From IMG/VR virus record IMGVR_UViG_644736339_000001: DNA of 64,000 bases; one strand, 5' to 3'. The DNA comes from a virus (Duplodnaviria; Caudoviricetes). The notes beneath the pieces are model-generated. The model had not been told where the DNA came from, searched no databases, and saw only the letters and a program-made list of their open reading frames with translations. The position numbers were made by a program, and so were the translations under genes. This document shows positions 37,755-47,242 of this stretch, in pieces (the first letter of the stretch is position 1; each line of letters begins with the position of its first letter).

Positions 37755-39796
37755 CGGCCGGCCCCTACGAGGCGGGCGTGCTGCGGCAGAACCCACACGC
37801 CGCGGTCGCTCTTGACCAGCTTGTTCTGCTCGACCGCGCGGGAGCATGTCTGGGAGACGGCGGCGAGCCTCTTGTCAACGTCCTCGCCGATGCCCTTGCA
37901 GATCTGGGTAGTGCTGGCCTCTTCGCCGAGTTCGGACAGGAACAGCTCGATCTTGTCCCACATGGTGCCCGTCGTTGCGGCAGTGGTTTGCGCGAGGGTC
38001 TCGGACCACGGCTTCTCCGGGTTCGACGCCTCGTCTTTCGCCTCCTCGGCGGTGACGAACGCGCTGCCGTCGGCCATGGCCACCATCAGCAGCTGCCCGG
38101 TCTCGGTAGTGACTGTAACGCCGTCGCAGTACCAGGCCTCGTCATACGGCGTGGGGGGCGCCTGGTCTTCGTCGTCTTCCCAGTCCCACTGGGTGTCGTC
38201 GAGCCCTCCAACGGCGGCACGCATCATGACGGAGTGGTCGGAGTCGGTGCCGAGGTGGTAGGCGACGCCGGCTGCGGATGATCCGTCAGCCCACAGCAGC
38301 GGCAGCGCGCCGGGGTCGCCGATTTGCTTGCCGTTGGCGACAATCATGCCGGTGAACTGGTTGCCGGTGCGGTGCACGGTCGCGGTGGTGAGGAGTCCGT
38401 CGCGGATGGACATGTCGCCGCCGAGCTTGTCGGCGGTGGGGTACTGAGTGAGGACGGTCAGTCCGATCAGGACTTTGCGGCCTTCGGCGACGAGCTGCGC
38501 AATGAGCGCTGCAGCATGCGGGAATCGGGCGATGAACGCCGGGAACTCGTCGATGATGATCCGGATGTGTGGCATCTCAGGGGTGGGGCGCAGCACCTCC
38601 CGGTTCAACGAGGCAAGGATCCTCAGCCGCCGATTTTTCTCGGTGACCGCGGCGGCGAGCGCAACCATGATCTCTTCATCGGAGCGGGCGAGGACGTCAA
38701 CACGGTCGCGCCACCCGGAGTAGGACGCACCCTGGTGCGGGTCGAGCAGCCAGGTGGCGGTGCAGGCCTCGTTACGCTTGTTGTAGGTGTGCCGGGCCAT
38801 GGCCAGCCGGAGCCGCGCGGTGCGGGACTTGCCGGAGCCGGTGGAGCCGACGATGAGTTCGTGAACGGCGCCCCAGCCGGGAAGGATCAGCGGGTGGTGG
38901 GTCCATTTGCCTGTGGGGGTCATGCCGGCGGGGTGCCGGTAGGTGCCGGGGTCTCCGGGTCCGCGCCACGGCACCGGGTCGGTGAGGGGGTTGCGGTTGA
39001 ACATCATCAGCCGCGCCTTGTTCTCGCTGATGGGCTCGACGGCGAGGCGCGACGGGTGGATGTCGAGCCCGGTTGAGATTTTCCCGAGCTGGGGCGTGAT
39101 GTCGGCGACGGTGTGGCGGATCGGGCCGCCGTCGGCGTTGAGGGTGATGATGCCGGTGGTGCCGTTGCCTTGGCCGTTGGCGTCCAGGAGCGGTTCGAGT
39201 TTGGTGAGGCTTGAGTTCTGCATGGGCCCGGCGGCACACCCGATGCGCTTGGCCCAGATCTTGCCGGGGCTCGGCGCCTCCTCCTCCGGCGCTTCCGCTT
39301 CCTGCGCGACCGACTGCTCTCGCTCTTCGGGTGCTGCCGCAGCGAGTCCGCGCAACCACCAGCACACGGTGGCGACGCCTGTGGCCGCTCCGTAGGTGGC
39401 CAGTGCGGTCGGGGTGTACGGCTTGGCGATGGTGGCGTGCAGTTCGAAGCCGGTGAGGTACATGCCGCAGGCGGTGATGTACGCAACCTGCTTGCCGTTG
39501 AGGGCATCGTCGTTGCGGCGTCGCAGCTCGGCATATCCGCCGGCGGCGCCGACCGCAGTGACCACGCCGCCGGCTTCGATCCATCCGGCGACTTCGGGTG
39601 TGGCTGCGTGCAGCATCCCGGCGGAGGCGATACCGACCGCGGAGACGGACAGCGGCATCAGCCGGAGCTTGTGCCGCCACCAGGTGCGGCCGGCCCATAT
39701 AGCAGCCTTGCCGCTGGCGGTGTCGCGGATCTGTGCCGGTGGGCGCGTCGGCGACCGGACCGCCACGTCCTTGGTGGGCGTCTGTGTGGTCTTCAT
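37751..39796 (-). CDS. traB: TraB-like FtsK/SpoIIIE conjugal dsDNA translocase
   Basis: N-terminal TMs, Walker A GSTGSGKS, LLDPH, Walker B IIIDEFP, EGRKVLI..LTQYP, C-terminal wHTH; ATG 39796 coupled. Confidence 0.85.
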   Translation of the reverse strand: MKTTQTPTKDVAVRSPTRPPAQIRDTASGKAAIWAGRTWWRHKLRLMPLSVSAVGIASAGMLHAATPEVAGWIEAGGVVTAVGAAGGYAELRRRNDDALNGKQVAYITACGMYLTGFELHATIAKPYTPTALATYGAATGVATVCWWLRGLAAAAPEEREQSVAQEAEAPEEEAPSPGKIWAKRIGCAAGPMQNSSLTKLEPLLDANGQGNGTTGIITLNADGGPIRHTVADITPQLGKISTGLDIHPSRLAVEPISENKARLMMFNRNPLTDPVPWRGPGDPGTYRHPAGMTPTGKWTHHPLILPGWGAVHELIVGSTGSGKSRTARLRLAMARHTYNKRNEACTATWLLDPHQGASYSGWRDRVDVLARSDEEIMVALAAAVTEKNRRLRILASLNREVLRPTPEMPHIRIIIDEFPAFIARFPHAAALIAQLVAEGRKVLIGLTVLTQYPTADKLGGDMSIRDGLLTTATVHRTGNQFTGMIVANGKQIGDPGALPLLWADGSSAAGVAYHLGTDSDHSVMMRAAVGGLDDTQWDWEDDEDQAPPTPYDEAWYCDGVTVTTETGQLLMVAMADGSAFVTAEEAKDEASNPEKPWSETLAQTTAATTGTMWDKIELFLSELGEEASTTQICKGIGEDVDKRLAAVSQTCSRAVEQNKLVKSDRGVWVLPQHARLVGAGR

Positions 39797-41073
39797 CAGT
39801 TGATCGCCAGTACGGTCTGGTGGGCGGCGGCGTTGCCGGTCATGGCCTGCGCTTCGGAGTGCGGGCCTTGGTGCCGCTGCACGGTGTCGTGCATGTTCTT
39901 CACGGCCTCGGCGTGGAGAATCGCGGCCTGCGCCGACGCCTGGTTGCATTCGGCAGCGATCTGTTCGGCGGCTGCGAGGGACGCAGCGATTTCGGCAACG
40001 ACAGCCTCGGCGTCGGCGCGCCGCTGTTCGGTTTGGGCCAGCCCGACGGCAGTGGTGATGCCCACGCCGATGGAGGTCATGGACGCGTTGTCCACGCGCA
40101 GGACGCTGAATCGTGCCGCGGTTTCCTCGAGTTGCGCCGCGTGTTGGCGGGCCTTGTTCGCGGTTGCGACGGCGGTTTCGTGGCGTGCGACCGCGGTACT
40201 GCTGCGGACGAGGGCGTTGGCGGCGCGTTCGATGGCGCTGTTGGCTCGAACCGTGGACTGCTCGACGGCGCTGACGGCGTAGGCGAACGCGTTCTTGGCC
40301 CACCGGAACAGGTCGTGGATGGTGAGGATTTCAGCTGCCATGGCGTGTCCGTTCGGTGCAGTGATGATGGCGGTCGGGTGAGCAGGGAGTTCCGGCTGGT
40401 TGACGATGTCGGCGTATTCGGAACTGGCGAACTGGCTCGGCGTCGTCACCGGCGCCTGGATGTCGTCGGTGAGTTCGGCGTCGATGACCGCGTCATCGGG
40501 CCGCGCGCTGGAGTGCGGCGGCACGTTCGGTTGCTGCGCGCCACGGCGGCGCAAACTGAAGCCGGTGGTGCCGCCGGATGGGGTTCCCGGGCGAGACCAG
40601 CGACGCCCTGCCGTGGACGCAGACCCGTTCTTCGGAGTGCGGGACTGGCGCTGCGTCTTGTTCTGGGTGCCGCGTGCGGTTCGCTTCTTCGCGGTCCAGG
40701 TGGCGCCGGACACGAAGCCCAACCCGAAAATGGCGGCGCCGGCGAGGGACGCGGCGGTGGCATCGCCGAACAGGTCGGCCAGCTTCCCGCCGAGCCGCCG
40801 CCCGGGGAGGTGTGCGCGCGTCTTCGTCTTCCATCGGCGGTACAGGGACCGCTGCCACTGCCCGAACGTGATGTCGCCGGGGCCGAGCGACGGGCTGGAT
40901 CCGGACGAGGGGGCGCCCTTCCCTGTATTGCGTGCCCCGGCGGTCTTCGGTCCGGCGCCGGCTGTTGCGCCGCCGCCGGCCGTCGCAGGGGTGGATGCCC
41001 GTGCGGCTTTGACGGTGGCGACAACGCCGGAGCCCGCCCACCAGGCGATGGCGATGAGGATGATCGGAATCAT
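39796..41073 (-). CDS. transfer-associated membrane/coiled-coil protein (TraA/Spd-like)
   Basis: Two TM segments plus a long Ala-rich coiled coil; directly upstream of traB. Confidence 0.65.
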   Translation of the reverse strand: MIPIILIAIAWWAGSGVVATVKAARASTPATAGGGATAGAGPKTAGARNTGKGAPSSGSSPSLGPGDITFGQWQRSLYRRWKTKTRAHLPGRRLGGKLADLFGDATAASLAGAAIFGLGFVSGATWTAKKRTARGTQNKTQRQSRTPKNGSASTAGRRWSRPGTPSGGTTGFSLRRRGAQQPNVPPHSSARPDDAVIDAELTDDIQAPVTTPSQFASSEYADIVNQPELPAHPTAIITAPNGHAMAAEILTIHDLFRWAKNAFAYAVSAVEQSTVRANSAIERAANALVRSSTAVARHETAVATANKARQHAAQLEETAARFSVLRVDNASMTSIGVGITTAVGLAQTEQRRADAEAVVAEIAASLAAAEQIAAECNQASAQAAILHAEAVKNMHDTVQRHQGPHSEAQAMTGNAAAHQTVLAIN

Positions 41074-41080
41074 GTCGGCG

Positions 41081-41677
41081 TCACCCCAGACCGACGAGGC
41101 TGCCGAGGAAGTGGGAGATCGTCTCGGACAGCAGCGTCAGCCACGTCACCACCCAAACGCCGGCCGTTCCGGGCATGGTGGCGGCGAGCGGGCCGAGACC
41201 GAACCAGCCCCACTTGTTGAACGACTCCTCCATGGCGCCCCACCGCGGGTGGCGCTTCGGTCGGCCGTTGGCGCCAACGCCGTTCCTGCGGAGGTGGGCG
41301 ATCAGGTCGGCGGTGACGGTAATCGCAAACGCCACGTCGACAAACGCCAACACGGTCAGGAGCCCGAGGTGGTCGTTGGCGAATGTCGGATCGCCAGTCC
41401 ATTTCGACAGCCAGTTGGCGGTGAGGTTGTTGACGTTGGCGCACCACTTGCCGACAACGCCAAGAGTGGCGGCGAAGATGAGGCCGCTGGCGGCGAGGCA
41501 CGCCCAGCTGAGCCATTCGACGACGGGGTGCCGGTGCGCGGCGAAGCGGTGGAGGATGAACCAGGCGAGCAGGCAGATGGCGCCGAGGGCGGCGTACACG
41601 TTGCCGTGCGCGAGGTGGAGTGCGGCGGCGGCGGTCGCGGGGTGGTTGGGGTTGATCGTCGGGTAGAACGTGCGCAT
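41081..41677 (-). CDS. multi-TM Spd-like membrane protein
   Basis: About four hydrophobic segments; lies in the transfer cluster. Confidence 0.65.
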   Translation of the reverse strand: MRTFYPTINPNHPATAAAALHLAHGNVYAALGAICLLAWFILHRFAAHRHPVVEWLSWACLAASGLIFAATLGVVGKWCANVNNLTANWLSKWTGDPTFANDHLGLLTVLAFVDVAFAITVTADLIAHLRRNGVGANGRPKRHPRWGAMEESFNKWGWFGLGPLAATMPGTAGVWVVTWLTLLSETISHFLGSLVGLG

Positions 41678-41699
41678 GGGACGGCTCCGTTTCGGGGCG

Positions 41700-41810
41700 G
41701 TTCACGGTGTGAAGTTCACGGCGGGGATGGTGCACGGGGTGAAGCGTTTGCGCTGATCAAGGGTCTGCGGTGGGCTGGGAGGGCTGTGAAGTTCACGGTG
41801 TGAAGTTCAC
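41700..41810. repeat. GTGAAGTTCAC palindromic repeats
   Basis: Full copies at 41709, 41786 and 41800, partial at 41700; intergenic. Confidence 0.85.
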
Positions 41811-41826
41811 AGACGACCGGCGGGCT

Positions 41827-42930
41827 TCAGCTGGCCTGCTCTACGGTTTCGACGGCCCGGAGCCGGGGCGCAAGCTCGGGAAATCGACGCTCGACGATCT
41901 CCCTGATCTGCTTGGCTCGGGAGTCGGTGTTAAGCCCTTCGACAGCCGCGACAAGCTCCGGCGCGGTGGGGCGGGGGTTCGCGCGCTTGCCGGTGTTGTC
42001 GGCGAGGATTTGGCGGTAGGCGCCGAGAGTGGCGACAACGAGGGCTTCGACTTTGTCGGTGGCGGAGTTGTCGTTGGCGTCCGCAGCGCTGGCGACAGGC
42101 TTGGCGTTGGCGACAGCCGTGTTGTCGTTTTGGCGGTTGTCGGTCGGCGTCTGGTTGTCGTTGGCGGTTGTCGTTGCCGTTTTGGCGGCCGTCGCGCTGT
42201 CGACTGTCGTTGTCGTCGCGGCCGGATTAGCGGTTGGCGTTGTCGACCGGGTGTTGGCGGCAGCGTTGTCGGCGCCTGCCCGGTTGGCGACTGCCGCCGG
42301 CGCCTCATCCGTGGCGACCTTCTCGGCGAGCATTTCGGCTGCCTTGCGCGCCAGGGTGTCGGCGCCGAGTCCGACAAGAGCCTGCACGGGGATCGCAAGG
42401 ATCTCGTTGCGGATCGCGGCGCGGGTGCCCTTGCGGTCCACCGTCCACCGCAGCATCAACAGTCCGGTGCGGACCTTGAAGACGACCTTGCCGTGGCGCC
42501 GCTCGTAGGCCTCGCGGGCTTCCTTCAAGACCTTCCCGAAAGCCAGGACGGCGGCGATCGGCAGCAGCGCGGAGACGAGCTTGCCCTGCGGGTCGTTGAT
42601 GTGAATCCAGTTAATCCACGACGACAGCGTGGTGAAGCCGTCCACGTAAAGCAGCGATCCGAGGCTGGCTCGGCCGTAGATGGCGGCGCGGAAGCTCAGC
42701 AGCGACAGGGCCAGTGCGGCGCCGTCGAAGGTGGACGGCACCAGCCATGCCGCGCGCTCACTCAAGTCCATGTGCTGCTGGGCGAAGGCATGCAGTGCGA
42801 TGAACGACGCGGCCCAGCCGGCGACGGCCACGGCCACGACGAGGATCATGGCGAGTGAGGCAAGTCCGTTATCCCTCAGCGCGTCGCGCCACCGCGGCTT
42901 GGCATCCGGCGTCTCAGTGTTCTCGGTCAT
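41827..42930 (-). CDS. DUF2637/SpdA-SpdB2-like plasmid spread protein
   Basis: GWAASFIALHAFA..AWLVPSTFDGAAL..SSWINWIH, four TMs; low-complexity linker; C-terminal HTH-like segment. Confidence 0.8.
   Translation of the reverse strand: MTENTETPDAKPRWRDALRDNGLASLAMILVVAVAVAGWAASFIALHAFAQQHMDLSERAAWLVPSTFDGAALALSLLSFRAAIYGRASLGSLLYVDGFTTLSSWINWIHINDPQGKLVSALLPIAAVLAFGKVLKEAREAYERRHGKVVFKVRTGLLMLRWTVDRKGTRAAIRNEILAIPVQALVGLGADTLARKAAEMLAEKVATDEAPAAVANRAGADNAAANTRSTTPTANPAATTTTVDSATAAKTATTTANDNQTPTDNRQNDNTAVANAKPVASAADANDNSATDKVEALVVATLGAYRQILADNTGKRANPRPTAPELVAAVEGLNTDSRAKQIREIVERRFPELAPRLRAVETVEQAS
42050..42292 (-). repeat. dense CG(A/C)CAA(C) short-repeat array inside the spd-like gene
   Basis: Roughly 18 copies by eye, in different reading frames. 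Confidence 0.7.
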
Positions 42931-43715
42931 CGGGTGGTCTCCACGTTCACGTCGAGGACGTCCGCCAGCGCCATCCAGTCGTCTTCACGGCCGGCGGTGA
43001 TGGCGAGGCGCGTCGGGGCGGCGGCAAGTTCGGTGGGGGAGCTGTAACGCTCGGGTGCCGGAACGATGTCCGGGTGGCGCAGGTGCAGGTCGTACACAAC
43101 CCGATCAGCCCGTTGATCGGCGTCACGGCCGACGTGGAACCAGGACTGATGCTTGATGCGGGCGCGCTCGGTCTTGTGCTGTTCGCTGTCGAGGTTCATC
43201 TGCAGGTTGCCGGCGATGCGGTCGTATTGCATGCCAGCTTCGTGCTCGGTCTTCCGAACCTCGCGATTCGCCTTGGCTACGACCCAGGCCAGGCCTCCGT
43301 TGAGCACTCCGAACATCGCCGTCGCAACCAGCGACGCAGGCCACTTCGGTGCCCACAGCAGCACACCAACACCGCCGAGGATCAGGGCTACCGGCGACAG
43401 CAGCGCCCCGGCCCAGCTGCCAGCCTCCGTGCGGGACAGGAAGCCTGCGCCGGCCAGGGCCGCAGACCCTGCCGCTGCGGCACTGACAACGGCTTCGGCG
43501 GCCACGGAGTGGGCGCTGCCGTTCAGGCATGCCTGATGTGCGGACCATGCGCCCCAGCCGAGGAGCCCGTTGGCGAACACCGCACCGAGTGCGCGCGCGA
43601 CGGTCCCGCCCTGGCCGCGGTTCTCGCGGCAGGTGGTCTCGTAGTACGTGGTCTGCGACGGCTGGAAGTAGGCGTTGCGTTGCGGCTTCCAGGGTTCGAG
43701 TTCGGCGTGGCTCAC
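42927..43715 (-). CDS. multi-TM membrane protein of the transfer cluster
   Basis: Four hydrophobic segments; coupled to the DUF2637-like gene. Confidence 0.65.
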   Translation of the reverse strand: MSHAELEPWKPQRNAYFQPSQTTYYETTCRENRGQGGTVARALGAVFANGLLGWGAWSAHQACLNGSAHSVAAEAVVSAAAAGSAALAGAGFLSRTEAGSWAGALLSPVALILGGVGVLLWAPKWPASLVATAMFGVLNGGLAWVVAKANREVRKTEHEAGMQYDRIAGNLQMNLDSEQHKTERARIKHQSWFHVGRDADQRADRVVYDLHLRHPDIVPAPERYSSPTELAAAPTRLAITAGREDDWMALADVLDVNVETTR

Positions 43716-43750
43716 GGTGTTCCTCGCAGGGTCTAGTTCGGCGGCGTGGC

Positions 43751-43876
43751 TTAGCGCTCGCGGATCTCGTTGGGCTTCGGCGTGCGGCTGGCCTTCAGCT
43801 TTTTCAGCAGGCCAAGGCCAATAGCGACGGTGAGACCGGCGGCGGCTGCGGTAATCAGGGCTTCGGCGACGTACAT
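43751..43876 (-). CDS. 41-aa single-TM peptide (not in ORF track)
   Basis: SD AAGGAG; MYVAEALITAAAAGLTVAIGLGLLKKLKASRTPKPNEIRER*. Confidence 0.55.
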   Translation of the reverse strand: MYVAEALITAAAAGLTVAIGLGLLKKLKASRTPKPNEIRER

Positions 43877-43886
43877 GGCGAGCTCC

Positions 43887-44072
43887 TTAGGATTCGGGTG
43901 CCGGTCGCTCGCTGGCCTGGCGCGCGACGTGGGCGAGGAGATCGGCGGTGATGACGGCGGCGACGACGGGGCCGTATTCGGCTTCGATGGCCTCCAGTGC
44001 TTCGACTCCGGCGTCGCCGTCGCGGGTGGCGGTGGCGTTGGTGAGCTGCTCGAGGTGGTCGGACAGGGGCAT
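43887..44072 (-). CDS. small hypothetical protein
   Basis: SD GAGGAG before ATG. Confidence 0.6.
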   Translation of the reverse strand: MPLSDHLEQLTNATATRDGDAGVEALEAIEAEYGPVVAAVITADLLAHVARQASERPAPES

Positions 44073-44131
44073 GGCGTACTCCTCGGTGGTCGGGTTGGGG
44101 TTTTGCGGTCACTGGCGGTGGAAGTTCACGA

Positions 44132-44605
44132 CTAATCGCCAGCCTCAGCGCGCCGCATGTCGGCGATCAGGGCGGCCAGCTGCCCGTCGAGGTCTTCGGC
44201 CCAGTCGCGGATCTGCTGGTCGTCGTATTCGGCCATCGGCGCCGGCGCGGGCGGGATATCGTCGCCGAGGTTCAGCCACACGCCGCCGCGTCCGTCGCCG
44301 TCGCTGCGGGGCGGGCAGTAGGGGCACGCGCGGTCTTCCTCGTTGAGGATGTAGTGGGACTTCGCGGCGATCCGCGCGAAGGCAATCGCCGGCAGCATCA
44401 CGGCGGTGGTAACAGCCAGGCCGGTCATGTCGGGCCGTTTGAGCGCGATGAAGACCACGGTGAAGCCACTAAGGATCCAGGGGCGCAGGCCTTGGTGGCA
44501 CCAGGAGAGCTGGATCAAGCGCCCGACGGGCCGGGTGTCGATCCAGGCGGCTGCGGATAGCTCGGCGGAGTACAGGTGCGCGTACAGGCGCTTCAGCATG
44601 TTCAT
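44132..44605 (-). CDS. two-TM membrane protein with CxxC
   Basis: Coupled start; hydrophobic segments; CPYC. Confidence 0.6.
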   Translation of the reverse strand: MNMLKRLYAHLYSAELSAAAWIDTRPVGRLIQLSWCHQGLRPWILSGFTVVFIALKRPDMTGLAVTTAVMLPAIAFARIAAKSHYILNEEDRACPYCPPRSDGDGRGGVWLNLGDDIPPAPAPMAEYDDQQIRDWAEDLDGQLAALIADMRRAEAGD

Positions 44606-45426
44606 GACTCACCGTCCCCATCGGGGTCACGCTGCGGCCCGAATGCGAAACCGGACTCGTCTTCGCCGTCGCGCCACACGGTGATCGGCAGCGCTCCGGG
44701 CGTGGCGTCCAGGACCTGCCGGATTGACCAGGTGTGCGTGATGCACTGACATTCGGCTGGCGCGGGGTTCTCTGGGTCCATCGTGCTGCCGGTCTCGGCC
44801 GGTCCGTCCCAATTGCCGTGCTCGAGCACAAGGGCGTAGGCGTGCTGCACGTCCTCGGTGCCCCAGTCGGCCATCTCGTTGAACTCGATGTCGCTGAGGT
44901 AGATCTCGCCGTACAGGCTGTCGAACAGCCCGAACGGATCCTCAGCGTCGTGTTCGGCGGTGATGGCGTGGACTGCGGCCATGAACTCGGCCGGGTCGTA
45001 GTGTCCGATCGCGATGAGCGGCACGGGGCTGTGGATGTTGTCGCCGGCGCTGATGGTGATGCCGTTGGCGGTGTAGCCGGTAGCAGCGATCAGGGCACGG
45101 GCGGTATCGCCGTCGACCGGAGTCGGGACGTGCCGGAGGTTCTGGGCGGCGCTGACGCGGGCCTGGCGCACGGCGGCGCGGCCGGCTTGTGCGGCTTCCA
45201 TAGTGGGGTAGTTCTTCATCGGACACCTCCTGCTGGTCTTGGGTTCGTTCGTGTTCTCGTGGTCCAGATCGCGTGCGAACTGCCCGAGCTGCGGGATGTG
45301 CACGGTGTCGCGAAGGTCTGACAGGTCGTCGTTGCGACCCGGTCCGGCCTTGAGGACGACTGCCTCGTAGGCGCGGCCCGCGTTCGTGGCCGTGCTGCTG
45401 ACGGGTCCGAGCTGGGTGGCGTTCAC
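44602..45426 (-). CDS. hypothetical acidic protein
   Basis: Coupled to neighbours; possible internal start at SD AGGAGG..ATG near 45219. Confidence 0.55.
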   Translation of the reverse strand: MNATQLGPVSSTATNAGRAYEAVVLKAGPGRNDDLSDLRDTVHIPQLGQFARDLDHENTNEPKTSRRCPMKNYPTMEAAQAGRAAVRQARVSAAQNLRHVPTPVDGDTARALIAATGYTANGITISAGDNIHSPVPLIAIGHYDPAEFMAAVHAITAEHDAEDPFGLFDSLYGEIYLSDIEFNEMADWGTEDVQHAYALVLEHGNWDGPAETGSTMDPENPAPAECQCITHTWSIRQVLDATPGALPITVWRDGEDESGFAFGPQRDPDGDGES

Positions 45427-45851
45427 GAGAACACCTCCGCGGTGAGCTCAAACCAGGTGATCTTCCCGGTGCGGGTTTTCGTCCTGCCCCACCGCGTCGC
45501 CAGGTCACCCACGATGAGGAGTCCGCGGCCGTGTTCGTCGTCTGCCAGGTCCGGTACGGGGATCTGGAGATCCGGGTCGGAGACGGTGATCCGCAGGTGT
45601 CCGTGCCACCAGGCGGCGGTCACGATCATGTCGCCGAGGCCTGCGTTGTGCACCAGCGCGTTCGTCGTGATCTCCGAGACGACCAGCGTGGCGTTCTCGA
45701 CGGTGTCGGCGGGCACGTCCCAGCCAGCGAGTGTCGCGTCCAGCCAGTGGCGGGTGTCGCGGACGGACTGTAAGACACGGGGCAGGGTGATTTCGTCGTA
45801 CAGCGGCGAGTCGGCCACGGGGCGGTCCTGGGGGATGGCGGTCAGCAGCAC
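45423..45851 (-). CDS. HATPase_c (RsbW-like anti-sigma/Ser kinase) ATP-binding protein
   Basis: LVVSEITTNALVH, ITVSD, EHGRGLLIV..WG..GKITWFEL. Confidence 0.9.
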   Translation of the reverse strand: MLLTAIPQDRPVADSPLYDEITLPRVLQSVRDTRHWLDATLAGWDVPADTVENATLVVSEITTNALVHNAGLGDMIVTAAWWHGHLRITVSDPDLQIPVPDLADDEHGRGLLIVGDLATRWGRTKTRTGKITWFELTAEVFS

Positions 45852-46234
45852 GGGGCACCCCCGGTGGCGTGGTGGGTGTGGACGGTATCGGTGCGCGGCA
45901 GGAGCACGAAGCCGTGCTGTGCTGCCCATGCGCGGGCGTGGGCTTCGTCTTCGGACATGCCGGTTCTGTTGGCGTAGTGCACGGCCTGCCAGGTAACGCC
46001 GGCGCCGAATGCGCGGTACAGGAACGGGGGTCCGTCTGCGGCGGTGAACGGCCCGTCAAGGTTGTGGCCGATGGCGATGTCCGCGACGGCTTCGGCGCTG
46101 TCGAGGCTGATAACGATCGGCAGGTATTCCGGCACGGGCAGGGTCGAGTCCTGCTCGAGCCAATCGGCGAGGCTGCGCAGGGCTTTCGCGAAGGCAGTGG
46201 TCTGGGCGTGGCGTGCGGCGCTGCGCTCGGTCAT
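45842..46234 (-). CDS. hypothetical protein
   Basis: ALRSLADWLE motif common in actinobacterial mobile elements; coupled. Confidence 0.6.
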   Translation of the reverse strand: MTERSAARHAQTTAFAKALRSLADWLEQDSTLPVPEYLPIVISLDSAEAVADIAIGHNLDGPFTAADGPPFLYRAFGAGVTWQAVHYANRTGMSEDEAHARAWAAQHGFVLLPRTDTVHTHHATGGAPCC

Positions 46235-46602
46235 CGCACCTCACCGCCGCCCGGGACGAGAGCACTCAGCGCCTCTGCCGGCGTCCACATGTAGTTGTCG
46301 TTCACGCCGAGGTTCAGCCAGTAGCCGAAGATCGGGCCGTGAAGTTCGGGGCTGCTGACGGTGCCGGTAAGTCCGGCGTGGTACGGCGCGTCCGGTGCGA
46401 CTTGCACGCTGTCGCCGCGGTTGAACAGCGGGGTGCCGGTCGGCAGGAGTGTCAGCTGGTCGGCGTCGGCGAAGTGGGTGGTGCCGGCGGCGGTCTCAAT
46501 GTAGTAGCCGTGTTCGACGCCGACTCCGGTGGGCTCGACGACGGTTCCGACGGCAGAGACACGAGCGAACAGGACCTTGTCGCCGGGGGAGAAGGCATTC
46601 AT
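46231..46602 (-). CDS. tandem SH3/KOW-like domain protein
   Basis: FSPGDKV..GTV and FNRGDSV..GTV repeats. Confidence 0.6.
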   Translation of the reverse strand: MNAFSPGDKVLFARVSAVGTVVEPTGVGVEHGYYIETAAGTTHFADADQLTLLPTGTPLFNRGDSVQVAPDAPYHAGLTGTVSSPELHGPIFGYWLNLGVNDNYMWTPAEALSALVPGGGEVR

Positions 46603-46880
46603 GACACACCACGGTCTTCGGTGATCGCCGCGATCCAGTTGTTGCGGTTGTCGTACATGGCGTCGGTGCGGGCCTGCAACTGCTCGGAGCGCATCTCCAT
46701 GCCGTCGAACAAGCGGTCGGCGTTGACGGCGACGTCCAGCGCGAACTGCGCCATGGCCAGGTGCGCGGCGTGCAGCCGCATGTGCTTGTCCAACTGCCCT
46801 GCATCCCCGCGGGGCCCGGACTCGGACTCGGCCTTGGCCAGCGCCTTCTCGGCGGCTGCGTAATGCTGGGGCCCGTTCAT
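46599..46880 (-). CDS. hypothetical protein
   Basis: MNGPQHYAAAEKAL motif; coupled. Confidence 0.65.
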   Translation of the reverse strand: MNGPQHYAAAEKALAKAESESGPRGDAGQLDKHMRLHAAHLAMAQFALDVAVNADRLFDGMEMRSEQLQARTDAMYDNRNNWIAAITEDRGVS

Positions 46881-47242
46881 CGGTCGCCTCCGGGGATCGG
46901 TGTGAGTTCACGGCATGCCTTGACGGTCGTGACCGTCGCAAGGTGGCGGTGGCCTGGCTGCGGGTCGGTGATGATGCGCGCGACCGGACCTTCGGGAGTG
47001 TTCGCGACGATGTCGACGCGGCCGGTCCGCACGTTGCCGTCGAACACCCAGCTGACCTTGTCGCCGGCGTTGAACGCGGGCCCGTACAGAAACCCGGCGA
47101 GTGCGGCGCGCAGGTCGGCGTAGGAGGTGTCGTCGTCGTCGACCCACGGGTATCCGTGGTTGATCAGGACGGAGTTGATCTCGTCGAGCAGCGCGGTGCT
47201 GAATCGCGGGTCGTCGTTGGGGAACCGCAGCGGGTAGGTCAT
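46877..47242 (-). CDS. hypothetical protein with C-terminal SH3-like segment
   Basis: TGATG-coupled start; FNAGDKVSW. Confidence 0.6.
   Translation of the reverse strand: MTYPLRFPNDDPRFSTALLDEINSVLINHGYPWVDDDDTSYADLRAALAGFLYGPAFNAGDKVSWVFDGNVRTGRVDIVANTPEGPVARIITDPQPGHRHLATVTTVKACRELTPIPGGDR

Noticed and set aside
37751-39796. Type VII secretion EccC or type IV coupling protein
   Set aside because: Single ATPase domain with C-terminal wHTH, no relaxase or T4SS/T7SS genes; Spd/Kor context fits TraB
39797-40303. N-terminal extension of traB in the ORF track (850 aa)
   Set aside because: Overlaps the upstream gene out of frame and is Arg-rich nonsense; coupled ATG at 39796 is more plausible
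41700-42300. CRISPR array
   Set aside because: Repeats are 7-11 bp, irregularly spaced, with no unique spacers and no cas genes
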